Shown here piece by piece: positions 60,310 to 64,000 of a stretch of DNA of 64,000 nt. The DNA is from Candidatus Poribacteria bacterium (GTDB taxonomy: Bacteria; Poribacteria; WGA-4E; WGA-3G): NCBI GenBank assembly GCA_965218285.1, contig OZ244616.1, positions 1,728,133 to 1,792,132 of the forward strand, given 5' to 3'. How positions within the stretch are numbered: the stretch's first letter is position 1; each line of letters starts with the position of its first letter. A program made the position numbers and the translations under genes. The notes beneath the pieces were generated by a model. It saw only the letters and a program-made list of their open reading frames with translations, was not told where the DNA came from and did no database searches.

Positions 60310-60460
60310 TGATGTATATTTTGTTTTGAATTATTCAGCGATTTCTGGAAGAATTGTCTGCTTGTGTGAACGGATAGAACCCGATAGATTGTGTCTGTTC
60401 CAATAAAAAAGTAGGGGCAGATTGAAAACCACCCCTACACAAAACTTCAAGTCGGTTTAC

Positions 60461-61069
60461 TTAGGCGTTTGCCAGATAAAGTTCATTGACCTTGGACCAA
60501 TTGATAACATTTTTCCACTCCTCAACGTAATCTGGACGGCGGTTCTGATAGTTCAGATAGTATGCATGTTCCCAGACGTCAATCCCAAGTATCGGTGTAT
60601 GTCCCTGCATAATTGGACTATCTTGATTTGCTGTGGAGTAAATCTCCAATCCATTGTCACCAATAACAAGCCATGCCCAACCAGAACCGAAACGTTTGGT
60701 TGCAGCAGTAGTGAATTCTTCATTCGCAGCATCAAGCGATCCAAAGGCAGATTTTATCGCTTCTCCGACTTCACCACTGCTGGGTTCACCACCGTTAGGA
60801 CTCATAATTGACCAGAAAAGCGAATGATTAGCATGACCACCGCCGTTGTTGATGACTGCCTGACGTTTATCTTCGGGCACTTGGTCAAGGTTACCGAGAA
60901 GTTCGTGAACATCAATGTCCGCCACTGCACCGAGTCCTTCCAAGGCAGCGTTCAGGTTGTTGACATAGCCTTGATGGTGTTTGCCGTGATGGATCTCCAT
61001 TGTTTGTGCGTCAATATAAGGTTCCAAAGCATCGTGTGCATAAGGAAGTCTTGGTAATGTGTGTGCCAT
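60461..61069 (-). CDS. Fe/Mn superoxide dismutase
   Basis: [29 protein letters not shown] and DVWEHAYY signatures. Confidence 0.95.
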   Translation of the reverse strand: MAHTLPRLPYAHDALEPYIDAQTMEIHHGKHHQGYVNNLNAALEGLGAVADIDVHELLGNLDQVPEDKRQAVINNGGGHANHSLFWSIMSPNGGEPSSGEVGEAIKSAFGSLDAANEEFTTAATKRFGSGWAWLVIGDNGLEIYSTANQDSPIMQGHTPILGIDVWEHAYYLNYQNRRPDYVEEWKNVINWSKVNELYLANA

Positions 61070-61127
61070 TTAAAATAGCCTCCTTCAATATATTTGGTCA
61101 CAAAAAAGTATAACAGATTAATACAAA

Positions 61128-62234
61128 GTGTGCAAGTTTTACTTTATACCAGTGAGTCCTATAATACTTGCCAAAAAGCACTTTTTCAACTACAATGTGC
61201 ATGTGTACACCTTAGAACCGCTTACGCCTCAAAATCGTAACGAATGGGATTCTGTTATCCAGCAATGCCCGAATAGTACTGCTTTTCACGGTGCTGTGTG
61301 GCAAAATGCGCTTGCAAATTCATTCAAGCAGCTTACGCCAATGTCCCAATTCATCAAACAGGATGGAGTGGTAATTGGTGGATTACCCGCCTTTGTGTTT
61401 CAACCGATACCGGGCATTCGATTATGGCATTCAATGCCGTGGAATCTGTTCGGAGGTCCACAAATAGTTAATTCAGTGCAAGTAAACGCAGCAGATTTGA
61501 TTTCAACCATTGAGACCTACCTTAAAACTACATCAGCCAATAACGGGTGGTGTGAACTCTGTTGGACGTTTTCACCAGATGATACCGTCCAATATGGTGA
61601 TTATCTGACAGGAATTGGGTATGAGCGAACAGAAAGGTTCACGCATCTTTTGGAAACAAACGAGGATATTGATTCTCTTTGGCACGCTTACAATAAACGT
61701 GTTCGCGGCGCAGTTCGGAAAGCACAAAAATCGGGGGTAGAAGTTGTCAATACCGATACCGATACTGATACCGATGCGGCATTATCCACTTTCTATGATA
61801 TGTATCTCATGACAGTGAAAAAGTTAGGTGGGACGCCGAAACCTCGTATACTCATGAAAATGCTTCTACAGCAAGGTCTCGCGAAACTTGCTATAGCAAC
61901 ATATCAAAATACAATCATTGCAGGATTACTCTATCTGCACTACAATCGTACCGTGACTTTGTGGTGTGAGGCTTCTGTACCTGAGTACTTACAATACCGT
62001 CCTAACAATGCAATTTTTCACCATATTATATCATGGGCATGTAAGGAAGGATACGACTGGGTAGATTTTGGAGCATCCCCACCTGAAAATAAGGGTTTGA
62101 TAACACATAAAGAACAATATCGTGCAACACGAAAGGATTTCAGCACTTACACAAAAATAGTTTCACCTTTGAAAAGGGAATTGTGGACACAAGGTGAAGG
62201 CATACTGCGAAAAATTTATACATGGATGCAGTGA
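61128..62234 (+). CDS. FemAB/BioF2-like GNAT-fold acyltransferase family protein
   Basis: Length and block pattern are FemAB-like. Start uncertain: an in-frame GTG at 61197 is an alternative. Confidence 0.4.
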   Translation: MCKFYFIPVSPIILAKKHFFNYNVHVYTLEPLTPQNRNEWDSVIQQCPNSTAFHGAVWQNALANSFKQLTPMSQFIKQDGVVIGGLPAFVFQPIPGIRLWHSMPWNLFGGPQIVNSVQVNAADLISTIETYLKTTSANNGWCELCWTFSPDDTVQYGDYLTGIGYERTERFTHLLETNEDIDSLWHAYNKRVRGAVRKAQKSGVEVVNTDTDTDTDAALSTFYDMYLMTVKKLGGTPKPRILMKMLLQQGLAKLAIATYQNTIIAGLLYLHYNRTVTLWCEASVPEYLQYRPNNAIFHHIISWACKEGYDWVDFGASPPENKGLITHKEQYRATRKDFSTYTKIVSPLKRELWTQGEGILRKIYTWMQ

Positions 62235-62283
62235 AGAAAGTTAGATATAGAACCTCTACAGTTAGACAGAAATAGGAGGAATA

Positions 62284-63636
62284 ATGGAACGTAAACCCAA
62301 TTTAATTTTCGTTTTCGGTGACCAGCACCGTCAATGCGATGTCGGATGTGCAGGCAACCTACAAGTACAGACACCTGCCATGGATAAACTTACACAGGAG
62401 GGGATGTTCTTCCCAAACACCTTCACAAACGTCCCGATATGTGTGCCTGCGCGCGGATGTCTGATGACTGGCAAACACCCTTTGAGTCACAAAGCCGTTT
62501 CCAACGATCTACCGCTGCCATTGTCTGAAACGGGTATCGCTGAAGTTTTCAAAGATGATGGATACGCAACCGGCTATATCGGCAAATGGCATCTCGGTGG
62601 AATGCCAAGGGATAAGTTCATAACGCCTGAGATGCGATTCGGTTTTGATCATTGGGTCGGGTGGAATTGTCATCATAACTATTTCAATGCTCCTTATCAC
62701 GACTCCGATGGAAACCAAAAACAGATTGAAGGCTACGAACCGGAATTCCAAACCGATCAAGCGATTCAATACTGCCGTGACCACGCTGATGAGCCTTTTT
62801 GTCTCTATGTAAGTTGGGGACCGCCGCACAATCCGTATGAACATGTGCCTGAAAAATATAAAGAGATGTATCCACCAGAGGAAATTCAGTTGCGTCCGAA
62901 TGCGGTAGATACACCCGCAACGCGAAAGGACATCTCTGGCTACTACGCGCATATCACTGCTTTGGATGAAAATCTTGGACGCTTAATGGACGCACTCGAC
63001 GAAATCGGTATTGCTGATGACACTATCCTTGTCTATACATCTGACCATGGGGATATGCTCGGTAGCCACGGGCATAACAGGAAGGAACGTCCGTGGGACG
63101 AATCAAGTCGTATCCCTTTCATGATACGTTATCCTCGCGAAATTCCAGCAGGTATCACTCGTAATACCTTACTAAGCCTCGTTGATTTTATGCCATCAAT
63201 GCTATCTTTGTGCGATTTGCCAATTCCAGAGGGTGTGGAAGGTATTGATCTTTCAGACGCAATGCTCGGTAAGACAATTGACGAACCGCAGTCTGTTCTG
63301 CTTGAACTCCCGTTACACGGAAGTGAAGGTTTTAATGCGGGTATACGCGAGTGGCGGGGAGTCCGAACACATCGTTACACGTATGCGCGCCATTACGATG
63401 GAATAGGTTGGCTGCTCTATGATAATGATAATGACCCATATCAAATGAACAATCTCATTGATGACGCAGATTCACAAACAATCAGGGAAGAACTTGAGGC
63501 AGAACTTCAGAAGTGGCTCACTCGAATTAACGACCCATGCTTTGCAGGTTTAGACCACATCCGAGAACTTGGTTTGACAGAGTTGTGGAATATCAGCGAG
63601 CAGCGGTTTGGCGGAAGAAATCCGCGTTGGGCATAG
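62284..63636 (+). CDS. Sulfatase (formylglycine-dependent)
   Basis: CVPARGCLMTG (C-x-P-x-R) and the sulfatase N-terminal metal-binding block LIFVFGDQHR. Confidence 0.85.
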   Translation: MERKPNLIFVFGDQHRQCDVGCAGNLQVQTPAMDKLTQEGMFFPNTFTNVPICVPARGCLMTGKHPLSHKAVSNDLPLPLSETGIAEVFKDDGYATGYIGKWHLGGMPRDKFITPEMRFGFDHWVGWNCHHNYFNAPYHDSDGNQKQIEGYEPEFQTDQAIQYCRDHADEPFCLYVSWGPPHNPYEHVPEKYKEMYPPEEIQLRPNAVDTPATRKDISGYYAHITALDENLGRLMDALDEIGIADDTILVYTSDHGDMLGSHGHNRKERPWDESSRIPFMIRYPREIPAGITRNTLLSLVDFMPSMLSLCDLPIPEGVEGIDLSDAMLGKTIDEPQSVLLELPLHGSEGFNAGIREWRGVRTHRYTYARHYDGIGWLLYDNDNDPYQMNNLIDDADSQTIREELEAELQKWLTRINDPCFAGLDHIRELGLTELWNISEQRFGGRNPRWA

Positions 63637-63644
63637 GGAAAAAC

Positions 63645-64000
63645 ATGAAAAAGCGGGTACTGATTATCGGTTGGGATTGCGCTGCGCCTGAATTAGTCTT
63701 TGACGCTTTCAAAGACGACATGCCCAATACACACCGCCTAATGGCACAAGGCATGTACGGGCAACTTCAAAGCACTATCCCTCCCATCACCGTGCCTGCA
63801 TGGATGTGCATGATGACAAGCCGAGATCCGGGGGAACTTGGAATCTACGGCTTTCGCAACCGTCCGGATTATTCCTACGACGCACTCACTATCGCTAATT
63901 CACACGCGGTTGAAGTACCAACTCTCTGGGAACTGCTTGGGCAAGCACAAAAACGTTCTGTTGTATTGGGTGTGCCGCTTACCTATCCTGCCAAGCCGTT
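63645..64000 (+). CDS. Alkaline-phosphatase-superfamily protein (3' truncated by window edge)
   Basis: LIIGWDCAAPELVF N-terminal metal-site block typical of AlkP-core enzymes. Confidence 0.5.
   Translation, partial: MKKRVLIIGWDCAAPELVFDAFKDDMPNTHRLMAQGMYGQLQSTIPPITVPAWMCMMTSRDPGELGIYGFRNRPDYSYDALTIANSHAVEVPTLWELLGQAQKRSVVLGVPLTYPAKP

Overview
This 64 kb window looks like chromosomal DNA from a Gram-negative-type bacterium (TolC-like OMP, LptF/LptG, type II secretion/pilus ATPase), moderately AT-rich by eye. Calls were made by reading the six-frame translations. I recognise the following housekeeping and metabolic genes: a GspE/PilB ATPase (5' part, cut by the window edge); an RpoD-like sigma factor; nfuA; an ABC-ATPase/HlyD/TolC efflux cluster; an ECF sigma/anti-sigma pair; rfbB; an aldo-keto reductase; ggt; a Rieske protein; an NAD-dependent epimerase; lptF/lptG; a LacD-family aldolase; a polyprenyl synthase; an SDR; a VWA protein; purD; a galactonate-dehydratase-family enolase; a PhyH dioxygenase; a membrane dihaem cytochrome c; ilvB-ilvH-ilvC; Fe/Mn SOD; and two sulfatase-superfamily genes. 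Four things stand out. (1) Repeat load is very high: at least seven families of MITE-like or REP-like elements fill almost every intergenic gap. One is a family of 300-430 nt structured repeats, and one copy of it encloses a TnpB N-terminal remnant. A complete IS4-family IS is also present. (2) A tandemly duplicated module of orphan OppD/OppF-like ATPases is translationally coupled to a fused nucleotidyltransferase(MNT)+HEPN-like protein and lies directly downstream of the ECF sigma/anti-sigma pair. One copy is a deletion derivative. The two MNT-HEPN copies differ only in a sharply bounded central patch. (3) A convergent restriction-modification-like pair consists of an 894-aa methyltransferase with two tandem amino-MTase modules and a zinc-ribbon-rich HNH endonuclease. 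(4) Four secreted proteins share a short conserved C-terminal motif, and a stand-alone RelA/SpoT CC-domain protein sits next to purD. No rRNA, tRNA or convincing CRISPR array was recognised.
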